A stretch of 64,000 nucleotides of DNA, taken from a virus. This document shows, piece by piece, positions 49,855-59,582 of this stretch. The stretch covers positions 49,330 to 113,329 of the IMG/VR virus record IMGVR_UViG_3300035698_026135; one strand, given 5' to 3'. Position numbers and translations under genes: made by a program. The notes below the pieces were generated by a model that saw nothing but the letters and a program-made list of their open reading frames with translations, ran no database searches and had not been told where the DNA came from. Position 1 is the first letter of the stretch, and every line of letters starts with the position of its first letter.

Positions 49855-50070
49855 ATGGAAAACTTACTACAATGGATTACGGAGAATTTAGATACAGTTC
49901 TCGTAGTCGCTTACGCACTATTGAATGTTGTCAATGGAGTTCTGAAACTTGCTACAGGCGAGACAAAAGGATGGGTTGCTTTCATTCGAGGCTTGCTTGA
50001 TAAGGTTTCTGTTCTCACGGCCAAAGACGGCAGTGGGACTATTAAACTACCGCTTGCATCGTCCAAGTAA
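49855..50070 (+). CDS. Small membrane protein, holin candidate
   Basis: 71 aa with hydrophobic TVLVVAYALLNVVNGVL. AGGAG SD and its own terminator. Confidence 0.5.
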   Translation: MENLLQWITENLDTVLVVAYALLNVVNGVLKLATGETKGWVAFIRGLLDKVSVLTAKDGSGTIKLPLASSK

Positions 50071-50093
50071 AATATTGCTTGCGTAATCATCTC

Positions 50094-50130
50094 AAAAGCC
50101 CTATCCTTAGTTGGATAGGGCTTTTGTTTT
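50094..50130 (+). terminator. Terminator hairpin overlapping a sigma70-like promoter
   Basis: AAAAGCCCTATCC-TTAGTT-GGATAGGGCTTTT; TTGCGT(50079)-N17-TATCCT. Confidence 0.8.
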
Positions 50131-50145
50131 ATCAGAGAGGCGAAT

Positions 50146-50721
50146 GTGAAGAAACCAATTTTATTTGACGTAGACGGAGTTCTTGCCGGGTGGGTAAGTG
50201 CCGTATTAGATTATTCAAACACGAAGAACGAAACCAATTGGACTGCTGACCAAATCCGGCAAGACCTGAGAAAGTATGATGTCTGGAATGACGACTGTGA
50301 AGAACTCGTCAAGAGTCCCGGATTTAATAGAACACTCAAGGAGCTTGAGCCAGGCTGCACTGCTGTTCGACATTTCCTTGCAGACTCGCATTACAAAGTG
50401 ATGTTCCTTACGTCGCCCTATCATAACGCTACAACTTGGGCGCACGATAGAATTTGCTGGCTTCATGATCACTTCGGCGTAACTCGCGACGATGTAATTA
50501 TTGCAAGAGACAAAAGATATGTAGATGGTTGTGTACTTGTTGATGACTTGCCCAAGAACGTAAAGGCTTGGTCCGACTACAATGAAACCCGTGCCCTTTT
50601 GATGGACCAGCCATGGAACAGAAAGGATGTGGCAATGAATTTTGGAGCCCTGCGTGTACAAACAGCAGAAGATATTATAGGCCAAGTCACTGAGTGTGCC
50701 TACCTTCATGGAGAGAAATAA
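50146..50721 (+). CDS. 5'(3')-deoxyribonucleotidase (HAD, NT5C-like)
   Basis: ILFDVDGVLA, FLTSP, WLHDHF, DKRYVDG..LVDD, PWN. Confidence 0.88.
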   Translation: MKKPILFDVDGVLAGWVSAVLDYSNTKNETNWTADQIRQDLRKYDVWNDDCEELVKSPGFNRTLKELEPGCTAVRHFLADSHYKVMFLTSPYHNATTWAHDRICWLHDHFGVTRDDVIIARDKRYVDGCVLVDDLPKNVKAWSDYNETRALLMDQPWNRKDVAMNFGALRVQTAEDIIGQVTECAYLHGEK

Positions 50722-53700
50722 TGACAATTAAATTTGTCGGCTTACACGCCCACACCACATTCTCTGTCGGTGATGGAATCGGATATCCTCAAGACCATTT
50801 CGACTACGCTATAGAGAATGGCATGGACGCCATGGCGATTTCTGACCACGGTAATTGCAATTCTTATGGCTACATGCTTCAGGCTAGAGATGATTATAAA
50901 AAGAGGGGCACTCCATTTAAACCGATCTTTGGTATCGAGGCCTACATCCATCCGTCGCTTGAAGAGTGGCGCATTCTCAAAGAACAAAGCAAGATGCCCA
51001 AAGAAGAGGTTGAGGGCGATCTTGTCGTCGAGAACGAAGCTGAATCAAAACAAAGAAAATGGTATGACCCGATCAAGAGAAGACACCACCTAGTTCTTCT
51101 TGCTCAGAATTATCAAGGCATCCAGAACATCTTTCGTATGGTGAGCCAATCTTATCGCGATGGATTCTATCGATATCCTCGCGTTGATTTTCAGATGATG
51201 AAAAAGCACAACGAGGGAGTGATAATCTCAACTGCTTGCATTGCCGGGTTACCATCTTGGATAACGTTGCGCGATCACGAAAAAGGACAGGCAGAAGTTC
51301 AAAAGGCGCTCGCAGGAGAACTCCTTCCTCTTTTGGAGATCTTCGGAAAGGATCGAGCTTTCCTCGAACTTCAGTTTAACAAACTTCCCGAGCAAAGGAT
51401 TGTCAACGATGCTCTGATTAATTTTTCAGAAACATCTGGATACAAGCTCGTGTCCACAGCAGACTCTCATTATGCTCGACCAGAATGGTGGCGAGACCGC
51501 GAGCTATATCGTTTGCTGGCCATGCAATCAAAGGGCTGGGATAAGCTGGACGATACGCTACCAAAATCGATTGATGAATTAAAATGTCAACTCTTTCCGA
51601 AAAACGGAGATCAAATGTTTGAGGCATACAAAGAAATGTATGACGGAGGAGATCCTCGCCTTGACGAAATAGTTAGAAACTCACTTGAGCTAACTCATGA
51701 CATCGCACACAATATGATTAAACACATTGAGCCCGACAGCTCGATGAAGCTTCCCGTATCAAAGATTACGGATAAGACTCCCTACGAACGACTTAAGGAG
51801 TTGTGCGTCGCAGGAATGAGAAAGAGGGGCCTAGCCAAAAATAAAGAATATATTTCACGCCTTAGTGTTGAGCTTAAGATCATTCGTGACAAAAACTTCT
51901 CTTCATATTTTGTCACCCTAGAGAGAGCGATGAATGTATTGAGGGAGCACATCCTTATTGGTCCTGCTCGTGGATCTGGAGCTGGCTCCCTGGTTTGTTA
52001 TGTTCTAGATATCACTCAACTCGATCCAATCGCAAACGGACTTCTCTTTGAACGGTTTCTATCAGCAGCTCGCACCGAGGCTCCCGATATTGATACAGAC
52101 ATTGAGGACAGAGATATCTGCCTGGCAAAACTGAAGGAGGAGTTTGGAGAGGGTAATGTCATTCCTGTTTCAACCTTCAACGTTTTTCAGTTGAAGTCCC
52201 TAGTGAAAGATATTAGCAAATTCCACGGAGTTCCATACGATGAAGTAAACAAGGTCACCACCGTAATGGAAGCTGAGGCCCGACAACCAATCCTGGATTC
52301 GATTGGCGGCGATCAAAAGTTTTATGTTTTCGATCTCGATAATGCAAAACTCTATTCCCCAACCTTCCGACAGTTCGTAAAAGATTATCCCGAAGTTGAG
52401 AAACACATCGCTCGACTCTTCAAACAGATCAAATCTATCGGAAGACATGCTGGCGGTGTTATCATCTGCGAAGAATCAGAATCGTGTATGCCGTCTATTA
52501 GAATTCGAGGAACTAATCAGACACCGTGGACTGAAGGTATGGCCGCAAAGCACCTTGAGCAATGGGGTTTAATTAAATATGACTTCCTTGGCCTGAGCAC
52601 ACTAAAGTTTATCAGAAAGAGTATCGAACTAATCCTCAAGAAGAGAGGAATTGAACCAACGACCGAAAGGGTATATGAGTTTTATAATAAAAACTTACAC
52701 CCTGATATCATTGACCCTGAAGACCAAAAGGTTTTCAAGAAGGTTTATTGGCAAGGTAGGTTCCCAGGAATCTTTCAATTCACAGAACAAGGCGCTCGTA
52801 GCTTTTGTCAACGCGCTAGACCTACTAGCGTCAATGAGATCGCTCAGCTCACCAGCATCTATCGTCCAGGTCCACTCCACGGCAAGGTAGACCAGCTTTA
52901 TGTTCAAACAAAAAGCGAAGACACGATAAGCTACGACCATCCAGTCCTGGAAGAGGTTCTAGGAGAGAGCCTCGGCTACCTGATTTTCCAGGAGCAATTT
53001 ATGTTGCTGGCCAACAAGCTTGCAGGATTCACTCTCGACGAAGCAGACAAGCTGCGAAAGCTTTTGGTCAAGCCCGTCACGTCCCTTGCTGAAGAGATGA
53101 TCGAAGAGCGCAACAAAGTTGGAGAGAAGTTCATTGATGGTTGTGTTGCGAATGGTCTTGATCCTTATCGGGCTAGACATCTTTGGGAAGATGAGATCTT
53201 AGGGTTTATTTCTTACGGCTTTAATAAATCTCATGCGATGGCATACGCATACATCTCCTATCAGTGCGCTTGGCTTCTGACGTACCACGAAAAAGAATGG
53301 GTCCGAGCCTATCTTGAGTGCGACAAAGATAGAGATAAGGCCATTGCGGACGTTTCTTCGATTGGATACAAGGTAGGAAAGCTTGACGTTAATCAGTCCG
53401 GCCTTGACTGGGAGATTGTTGACAACGTTATCTATCCATCTCTTACGACGATCAAAGGGGTCGGAAACACAGCAGCAGAGGAGTTTATCAATATTCGAGA
53501 TGAGTTAGGGGGGAGATTTACAGATCTAGAACAGATGTTTTACTATGACGGGTTCACCGAAAAGACCAAGAAGCCCAAGAAGTTTTGGAGATTTTCCAAA
53601 TTCAATAAGAGGGCACTGTCTGCAATGATAAGACTTGAAGCGTTTGATTCGATTGATATCATTGACCCCACTCAAACTGCCAGCGAAACAGACGCCGGCT

Positions 53701-54200
53701 CCACTCAAATGTTCCAGAACTACAAACATATGCACAAGGTTTTGATCGAAGAGAAAAACTACGACAAACTCAAACGCGGGTCATTGAAATATAGAGACGA
53801 AGCCCGAACAACAACGTGTAAAGATTGGACCAAAAATCAAAAGATCGAAGAACAGAAAGAGTTGATCGGAACCTATGATAAAACCCTCCTCTTCACAAAA
53901 GAGGTGCTGGAGGCATTTAATAAATTTGATATCGTTCCTTTGTCAGACATCAACAAGACTCCTCAACTCATATGGTTTATATTGAAGGACCACAGAAAGA
54001 ATATTATAAAATCCGGCAAGCCCTATCTTAAATTAAAAATATCTGATGCTGACGATTCAACAAAGTCATTTAATTACTTTGGAGAAATTATGCCACTTAA
54101 AAAGAATTCCATATACGTTATAGAGTTATTTGAAAAAGAAGGGTGGATTAATTCTCCCAGAGGAAAAAAACTTATCAAGATTGGCAAGGACGATGACTAG
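50721..54200 (+). CDS. dnaE: DNA polymerase III alpha subunit (family C)
   Basis: PHP domain LHAHTTFS..DG, ISDHG, IFGIEAY, ADSHY; GPARGSGAGSLV, LLFERF, PDIDTD, GRHAGGV, IKYDFLGL, YGFNKSHA.AY. Confidence 0.96.
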   Translation: MTIKFVGLHAHTTFSVGDGIGYPQDHFDYAIENGMDAMAISDHGNCNSYGYMLQARDDYKKRGTPFKPIFGIEAYIHPSLEEWRILKEQSKMPKEEVEGDLVVENEAESKQRKWYDPIKRRHHLVLLAQNYQGIQNIFRMVSQSYRDGFYRYPRVDFQMMKKHNEGVIISTACIAGLPSWITLRDHEKGQAEVQKALAGELLPLLEIFGKDRAFLELQFNKLPEQRIVNDALINFSETSGYKLVSTADSHYARPEWWRDRELYRLLAMQSKGWDKLDDTLPKSIDELKCQLFPKNGDQMFEAYKEMYDGGDPRLDEIVRNSLELTHDIAHNMIKHIEPDSSMKLPVSKITDKTPYERLKELCVAGMRKRGLAKNKEYISRLSVELKIIRDKNFSSYFVTLERAMNVLREHILIGPARGSGAGSLVCYVLDITQLDPIANGLLFERFLSAARTEAPDIDTDIEDRDICLAKLKEEFGEGNVIPVSTFNVFQLKSLVKDISKFHGVPYDEVNKVTTVMEAEARQPILDSIGGDQKFYVFDLDNAKLYSPTFRQFVKDYPEVEKHIARLFKQIKSIGRHAGGVIICEESESCMPSIRIRGTNQTPWTEGMAAKHLEQWGLIKYDFLGLSTLKFIRKSIELILKKRGIEPTTERVYEFYNKNLHPDIIDPEDQKVFKKVYWQGRFPGIFQFTEQGARSFCQRARPTSVNEIAQLTSIYRPGPLHGKVDQLYVQTKSEDTISYDHPVLEEVLGESLGYLIFQEQFMLLANKLAGFTLDEADKLRKLLVKPVTSLAEEMIEERNKVGEKFIDGCVANGLDPYRARHLWEDEILGFISYGFNKSHAMAYAYISYQCAWLLTYHEKEWVRAYLECDKDRDKAIADVSSIGYKVGKLDVNQSGLDWEIVDNVIYPSLTTIKGVGNTAAEEFINIRDELGGRFTDLEQMFYYDGFTEKTKKPKKFWRFSKFNKRALSAMIRLEAFDSIDIIDPTQTASETDAGSTQMFQNYKHMHKVLIEEKNYDKLKRGSLKYRDEARTTTCKDWTKNQKIEEQKELIGTYDKTLLFTKEVLEAFNKFDIVPLSDINKTPQLIWFILKDHRKNIIKSGKPYLKLKISDADDSTKSFNYFGEIMPLKKNSIYVIELFEKEGWINSPRGKKLIKIGKDDD

Positions 54201-54208
54201 ATATAGCT

Positions 54209-54406
54209 ATGGACACAAACAGCAGACCGTTTCGACATTTGTTCGTCAGTATGCTGTGTCCATTGTGCGCCGAAGCAGTAGTCGTCGGAATGAGCGACGA
54301 GGTTGTAAAGAACGGGTTTATATGTCCCTACTGCACCGAGAACGTTTCCACCGATGAGATGTGGGAAGAGATAATTGAAAGCTCGAAAGAGTTCGAGAAG
54401 AATTAG
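54209..54406 (+). CDS. Small Zn-ribbon protein
   Basis: CPLC...CPYC. Confidence 0.6.
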   Translation: MDTNSRPFRHLFVSMLCPLCAEAVVVGMSDEVVKNGFICPYCTENVSTDEMWEEIIESSKEFEKN

Positions 54407-54615
54407 AAACACGGTGCCTGACAGCCCCTAAGATCGACGTAGAGTGATCATACATAGTCGTACCCCGATAATACACAAGAGCCCTATAAGGGGCGCCACA
54501 GGCCCGCCATAGAGATTTTTGATAAAGAATTTATATTTTGTTGAATTTATTGAAGTTATATAATCTATATATAAAATTATAAATTCCAAAAGGTAAATCA
54601 AAAATATATAAAACT

Positions 54616-54942
54616 ATGAACTTGGAAATAAGTCTAGAAGAAGACCACGAGATCACTCTTGGCGCGCATAAAATAAAGGTTTTTTTCGTAGATCCATCAC
54701 ACGAAAGGTTGGATGGGGATCACGGATGCTATGCCCCCAAGGAATATTCCATCTTTATCAACAAGAATGATCCGGAATCCATTAAATTTACGAGCTATAC
54801 TCACGAGATCATCCACGCAACAGAGCATATATTCACATTTGAGATGGATCATTTTCAATTAAATCTCATTGCAGAGTGCATAGGACAAGCTTTTGATGTC
54901 ACGCCTACGGCGAAAAAAAAAGCAAATAAAAAGTCCAAATAG
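54616..54942 (+). CDS. Small HExxH metallopeptidase-like protein
   Basis: HGCY...IFINK...THEIIHA. Confidence 0.65.
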   Translation: MNLEISLEEDHEITLGAHKIKVFFVDPSHERLDGDHGCYAPKEYSIFINKNDPESIKFTSYTHEIIHATEHIFTFEMDHFQLNLIAECIGQAFDVTPTAKKKANKKSK

Positions 54943-54978
54943 AAAAAATATAAACTATATACAGCAAGAGGAAAAATT

Positions 54979-55164
54979 ATGCTTTTAGAGAATAAAACCA
55001 AGGACGAGGACCAAGATCGTATCAAATGCGGCAAGTGTAGTTCTGAGTATCACGCAAGACAGGATGTTGAGACATCTGCTCTTGATTATAGCTGCCCTGT
55101 CTGTTCGCACGGAAAGTTCCAAGAGAACTATCAGGCGCCAACCAAAAAGATTCTATTGGACTGA
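54979..55164 (+). CDS. Small Zn-ribbon protein
   Basis: CGKC...CPVC; GAGG SD. Confidence 0.65.
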   Translation: MLLENKTKDEDQDRIKCGKCSSEYHARQDVETSALDYSCPVCSHGKFQENYQAPTKKILLD

Positions 55165-55184
55165 GGTCCGAAAAAGGAGTAGAA

Positions 55185-55463
55185 ATGAAAGAAGATATTG
55201 TAGAGATGACGAATGAGCTTAAGAAGATTGTTTCCGAAATAAAGGGGGTGAAAAGCTTATCGGAAAATATACACTTGATGTATGTTGCGGAAGTGGAAGG
55301 CGAAGAAGACAAGAGAAATGTTGAAAAAGTCGCACAAACCCTGTCACAACAAGCAACAAAATATGGTTTTGAGCTTGAGATCGTTCCTGCCACAAGCGCA
55401 GAGCTTCAGACTGCACGAGACAAGCTGGCCGAATACGCCGCTCGTGAAGCTGCTCAAGCATAG
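55185..55463 (+). CDS. Hypothetical protein
   Basis: AAGGAG SD. Confidence 0.65.
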   Translation: MKEDIVEMTNELKKIVSEIKGVKSLSENIHLMYVAEVEGEEDKRNVEKVAQTLSQQATKYGFELEIVPATSAELQTARDKLAEYAAREAAQA

Positions 55464-55475
55464 GAGATAGAAACA

Positions 55476-55847
55476 ATGGCATCATATAACGACAAAGATA
55501 AACGATCGAAGCAGGCGGAACCTGCCGAGAGGGTGATAGTGGATCCAAATGTGGGACGACTAGCTAAAGCAAAGACCGACAACGAGACGTTGCGCCGAGA
55601 GATCGAGCTACGCAAAGATACAGAGAAGGAGTTGCTAGAGACAATATCTAAACAGAAAGCAGCTCTCGCACACGCAGACGACGCTGCGGCCAGTCATGCT
55701 GAAACGTCCGTCGCACTAGGTGCAAACGAGAGGGCCTCAGTCAAGGAATTGATTGACTTCATGTTCTCTCTTTATCGTGAATCTGAAAGCTCTATTGTCC
55801 GCCAGAAGATTAAGCATTGGCGACAACTATTATCAAAGCTAGTATAG
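55476..55847 (+). CDS. Hypothetical coiled-coil protein
   Basis: AGGAG SD. Confidence 0.65.
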   Translation: MASYNDKDKRSKQAEPAERVIVDPNVGRLAKAKTDNETLRREIELRKDTEKELLETISKQKAALAHADDAAASHAETSVALGANERASVKELIDFMFSLYRESESSIVRQKIKHWRQLLSKLV

Positions 55848-55854
55848 GCTCGAA

Positions 55855-57414
55855 GTGATTTTAAAATCAGAAAAAGATTTAAGGCAAGTTTCTGAAAAAA
55901 TAAATATCAAAGAGGGTATAGAATTAGCCTACAGGCTAGAAGGGGAGCTGCGGCTTTGTCGTAACGGCATAGGACTTGCAGCTCCTCAGATAGGAATCTA
56001 TAAGCGCGTAATTGTAGTTCGCGCCAAAGAATACATCCACTTCATAAACCCGGAGATCATAGAGAAGACAGGACCCTTCATTCACAAGAATGAAGGGTGT
56101 CTTTCGTTTCCGGGCCAGTGGATCAACACGCTGCGATATAAAAACGTAGTCGTCAAAGACGATTTACACGGCACGACGAGCTTTAGTCAAATGGCATCGT
56201 TGGTAGCGCAGCATGAATGTTTGCCACATGAATCGATTATCCACACGGAAGATGGAGATAAAACAATTAAAGAAATTTTTGAAAAAAAATGGAAGGGAAA
56301 AGTTCTTTCTTGGAATGAGGAATTATTTGATTTTGAATATAAAAAAATTATAGGATGGTCTAAAAATAGAAACGAAAATAAGAAAAAGTGGCTAAGGCTT
56401 AAGTTTTCTAGGACGGGACCAAACAAGTCTCTACTCTGCACAGAGGACCATAGGTGCTTTTATGTAAAGGACATCTTAAATCCAGAGAGCGGCATGGCCG
56501 TATCAGCCGCAAAAGATATGAATGATAAATTTCTCGTCAGGTTGCCGACTGACAGGAAGTCTAACAACGAACACGGATTATATAATTCGCAACAAATTTC
56601 GGCGCTGTACGGGTTATTGCTTGGAGATATGTGTATATCTCGCCGAGGCGAACTCGTCTCAAACCACGGCGAACCACAGAAAGAATACAGTGTTTTCAAG
56701 GCAGATTATTTTGGGGGAGTCACAAGAAAGGGGTATTCTGGATTCAGAAAAGAATATAGCAACGTTTGTTTCCATGGCCCAATAACAGAACAAACAAAAC
56801 TTCTTCGAGAAAGAATCTATTCGCCTAATAAACAAATTGATTTTATAGCAAACAAAATGACTCCCATATCTTTAGCTTTTTGGTATATGGATGATGGAAG
56901 CCTTGCAACAAATGGCGGATTCAATTTGCATACAGAAGGTTTTGACAAAAAGCAAAACGAAATTCTGAGAGATATTGTGTTTAATTTATTCAAAATAAAG
57001 TGTCAGGTAAATCAGAGAAAGGTTCGAAATAATAACAAATATTATTTAAAATTCAAAAAAACAGAAGAGTCAAAATTTTTTAAAATAATCTCAAAATATA
57101 TTCACCCATCGATGAGATATAAATTGAGAGATGATATTTATGAAAAGTTTGAAAAAAAACACTTTGACTATAAAAAGATTCCCTTTTCGTGCAAAAAAAT
57201 AACAGAGATTAGGCATTTAAAAAATAAAGAAAGCTGTTTGTTCGATTTAGAAATAGAGGGAAATCATAATTTTATAGCAAACAATTCCTTAGTCCACAAT
57301 TGTGATCACTTAGATGGGATATTATTCTTTGATAGAGAGGTTCCCGAAGCTTATGATCCATGCATTTGCGACAGCGGGAAGAAGTTTAGATTTTGTTGCT
57401 ATAAAAAACTATAA
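55855..57414 (+). CDS. def: Peptide deformylase with intein and C-terminal SEC-C motif
   Basis: GIGLAAPQIG, FINPEI, EGCLSFPG, spliced QHE|CDHLDGILF. Tail DPCICDSGKKFRFCC. Extein is 158 aa. Confidence 0.93.
   Translation: MILKSEKDLRQVSEKINIKEGIELAYRLEGELRLCRNGIGLAAPQIGIYKRVIVVRAKEYIHFINPEIIEKTGPFIHKNEGCLSFPGQWINTLRYKNVVVKDDLHGTTSFSQMASLVAQHECLPHESIIHTEDGDKTIKEIFEKKWKGKVLSWNEELFDFEYKKIIGWSKNRNENKKKWLRLKFSRTGPNKSLLCTEDHRCFYVKDILNPESGMAVSAAKDMNDKFLVRLPTDRKSNNEHGLYNSQQISALYGLLLGDMCISRRGELVSNHGEPQKEYSVFKADYFGGVTRKGYSGFRKEYSNVCFHGPITEQTKLLRERIYSPNKQIDFIANKMTPISLAFWYMDDGSLATNGGFNLHTEGFDKKQNEILRDIVFNLFKIKCQVNQRKVRNNNKYYLKFKKTEESKFFKIISKYIHPSMRYKLRDDIYEKFEKKHFDYKKIPFSCKKITEIRHLKNKESCLFDLEIEGNHNFIANNSLVHNCDHLDGILFFDREVPEAYDPCICDSGKKFRFCCYKKL
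56218..57300 (+). mobile_element. Intein (361 aa) with LAGLIDADG endonuclease, inside the deformylase HExxH motif
   Basis: Starts CLPHESIIHTEDG. Block B CTEDHR. LYGLLLGD and LAFWYMDDG. Ends FDLEIEGNHNFIANNSLVHN; +1 residue is Cys. Confidence 0.93.
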
Positions 57415-57418
57415 TAAA

Positions 57419-58180
57419 ATGGCCAGAGGGAAACAGGAACTAAAAAAGACATCCTTGAATAAAGAGAAGAAGGTCATGGTTCGTTTTCCACGTAGGTCCC
57501 TAAAGAAAGTCAAGAGTCTCCTAATCGAATATAAATTGAATAGTATGCAAGAACTGTTCGATTCGCTGGTGGTGAGTGGCATAGTCTTTCGAAAGAAGGA
57601 GATAATCGAATTCGTAAGAAAGCACGCTCCCGATTACAAGGAACGATACAGACAAGAGAGACTTTCGAGATTAGGTAAGGCCGAGAAGCCCGACAAGCTC
57701 GATATGTACGGAGTTAATATGTCGATGTATAAAGCTGACTACATCGCCCTAAAGAATTTTGTAGTAGAGGAAAACGTAAAACAACAATGGTTGTGGAACA
57801 TTCTTTTTGAAGACGGCTTCTCCATGGAGGCGGAGTGCATCATCGAGCTTGTGAATAGATCAAAGAAGCTTGAGATAAGCTCAAGAAAAAAATCAATCGC
57901 TCGCTTGACGAACGACGAATATATTACTACACTATCACTAGAGGAAGCCAATAAGATCCTGGAAGAAACAACCAAAGAATATGACAACAGAGAGTTTGAC
58001 GCTTCCCTTGAGGCCATCATTGAATCTAAGATAAAATTAGACAAAGAGATGAGCGAGCTTGACGAAGAATCCCAGCTAGATGCCGACCTTGCAAAGAAGA
58101 TGGATAACCGTCGAAAATCAAGACGCACCAAAATTCAACACCTAACAAAACCGCGACTGGATGAAAATGAACAAGACTGA
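57419..58180 (+). CDS. Hypothetical protein, possibly tandem ribbon-helix-helix
   Basis: Two strand-helix-helix-like segments (KKVMVRFP..LKKVKSLL..MQELF; VNMSMY..YIALKNFV..QQWLW). Confidence 0.6.
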   Translation: MARGKQELKKTSLNKEKKVMVRFPRRSLKKVKSLLIEYKLNSMQELFDSLVVSGIVFRKKEIIEFVRKHAPDYKERYRQERLSRLGKAEKPDKLDMYGVNMSMYKADYIALKNFVVEENVKQQWLWNILFEDGFSMEAECIIELVNRSKKLEISSRKKSIARLTNDEYITTLSLEEANKILEETTKEYDNREFDASLEAIIESKIKLDKEMSELDEESQLDADLAKKMDNRRKSRRTKIQHLTKPRLDENEQD

Positions 58181-58463
58181 ACGACCATCGATTTTTGAGC
58201 ACATGGGCCATGCTCTATTTTTTTTGCTTCCTTATGTTGCAACCAAGGTTTACAAATTGGCATACGAAGAGTATGCAAACACCAGCCTATATAAAAGCCG
58301 CCAGTCGCTTGGCTCAGAGGAGTCGATTAATTATTACACTTCCTTGAATCAGATAGACTACCACCTGATGGCCTGGAAGAAGCATTGGTTTAAAATTCTT
58401 TTTGACCCAAGACGCATCATGCCACACGAAGATCTTCTTTTGTCTGGAGGTTGCGCGGTATGA
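58161..58463 (+). CDS. Hypothetical protein
   Basis: Overlaps both neighbours. Confidence 0.55.
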   Translation: MKMNKTERPSIFEHMGHALFFLLPYVATKVYKLAYEEYANTSLYKSRQSLGSEESINYYTSLNQIDYHLMAWKKHWFKILFDPRRIMPHEDLLLSGGCAV

Positions 58464-59167
58464 ATATCATCGGAATCAACGGCCAACTCCGCAGCGGAAA
58501 AGATACTGCTGCTGCTCATCTGGTAGAGAAGTGGGAATTCAAACAGGCTTCATTCGCCAATCCTCTCAAACAACTGGGGAAGAAGGTGTTTGAATTCTCG
58601 AACGATCAACTGTGGGGGCCGTCACAAAACAGGGATGCGATGGATGAAAGATATCCCGCCTTCTATGAACATGCTTTTAATAACCTTGAGAACCATGGGA
58701 CAACCTGGCTTAAGGACCTGGGAAATTATTATACGACCGCTAACATGTGGAAGCTTCGCAAGTGGTTCTTCGATCTAGAGAAAGATCACCAAGAATTATC
58801 TCCTCGAATTGCTCTTCAAACTCTCGGCACAGAGTGGGGCCGCGAGATGATGCACAAAGATATCTGGGTTGATTCACTATTTCTTCGAGCGCAAAAGCAG
58901 ATAGACGACGGAGCAGCCGGCATTGTTGTTTCCGATATAAGGTTTGAGAACGAGATGGAGGCTGTCAGAAACGCAAAAGGACGCATCCTTCGCATAGAAA
59001 GACCGGAGACCGACAGCGACGCTCTCAAAGCTGGCGTCCTGAACCATCCGTCAGAAGCAGAGCAGGCCACGATATCATTAGACAGCTTCAATGCGGTCAT
59101 TCAAAACGATGGTACGCTAGAACAATTATATGAGAAACTAGATAAATTTATGCTGTCGAGCCGATAG
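58460..59167 (+). CDS. Deoxynucleoside monophosphate kinase (T4 gp1-like)
   Basis: IIGINGQLRSGKDTAA, SFANPLK, SPRIALQTLGTEWGR, DIWV, VVSDIRFENE, HPSE, NDGTLEQL. Confidence 0.92.
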   Translation: MNIIGINGQLRSGKDTAAAHLVEKWEFKQASFANPLKQLGKKVFEFSNDQLWGPSQNRDAMDERYPAFYEHAFNNLENHGTTWLKDLGNYYTTANMWKLRKWFFDLEKDHQELSPRIALQTLGTEWGREMMHKDIWVDSLFLRAQKQIDDGAAGIVVSDIRFENEMEAVRNAKGRILRIERPETDSDALKAGVLNHPSEAEQATISLDSFNAVIQNDGTLEQLYEKLDKFMLSSR

Positions 59168-59173
59168 ATAAAT

Positions 59174-59431
59174 ATGATATATCGAAAAGGAGAGTTCGTC
59201 CAAGTAAATAATTTTAAATCACACTTCAATGAGGAGTCCGGCCTGGTCGATACAGTCCTGAGTCTCGAAGATAGAAAACCTTTTGTTGTCACGTTCTATA
59301 TAAACGAAATGAAAATGAAGGAGAGTTTCGACCACACCGAATTAAAACATGTCAGGGACGACAGATTAGAAAATGTCAGGAAAGATTTTTACCATGAAGC
59401 TAAAATGTACGAGTTGTCTAAAGCTTTATAG
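59174..59431 (+). CDS. Hypothetical small beta-barrel-like protein
   Basis: YRKGEFVQV...GLV...VTF. Confidence 0.55.
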   Translation: MIYRKGEFVQVNNFKSHFNEESGLVDTVLSLEDRKPFVVTFYINEMKMKESFDHTELKHVRDDRLENVRKDFYHEAKMYELSKAL

Positions 59432-59582
59432 TCACGATGAAATAAAAACGAGAACCATTGGCGACGAAACCATGCATGCTTGCCAAGAATGTAGGGGCGA
59501 GTTCTTCAAGGAAAAAGGATTTATAAGCAGAGTTTTTAAAAAGATTTTTGGAATAGAACCAAAAGAGAAAGATGATGAATGA
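59394..59582 (+). CDS. Small Zn-ribbon protein
   Basis: CTSC...CQEC. Confidence 0.5.
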   Translation: MKLKCTSCLKLYSHDEIKTRTIGDETMHACQECRGEFFKEKGFISRVFKKIFGIEPKEKDDE

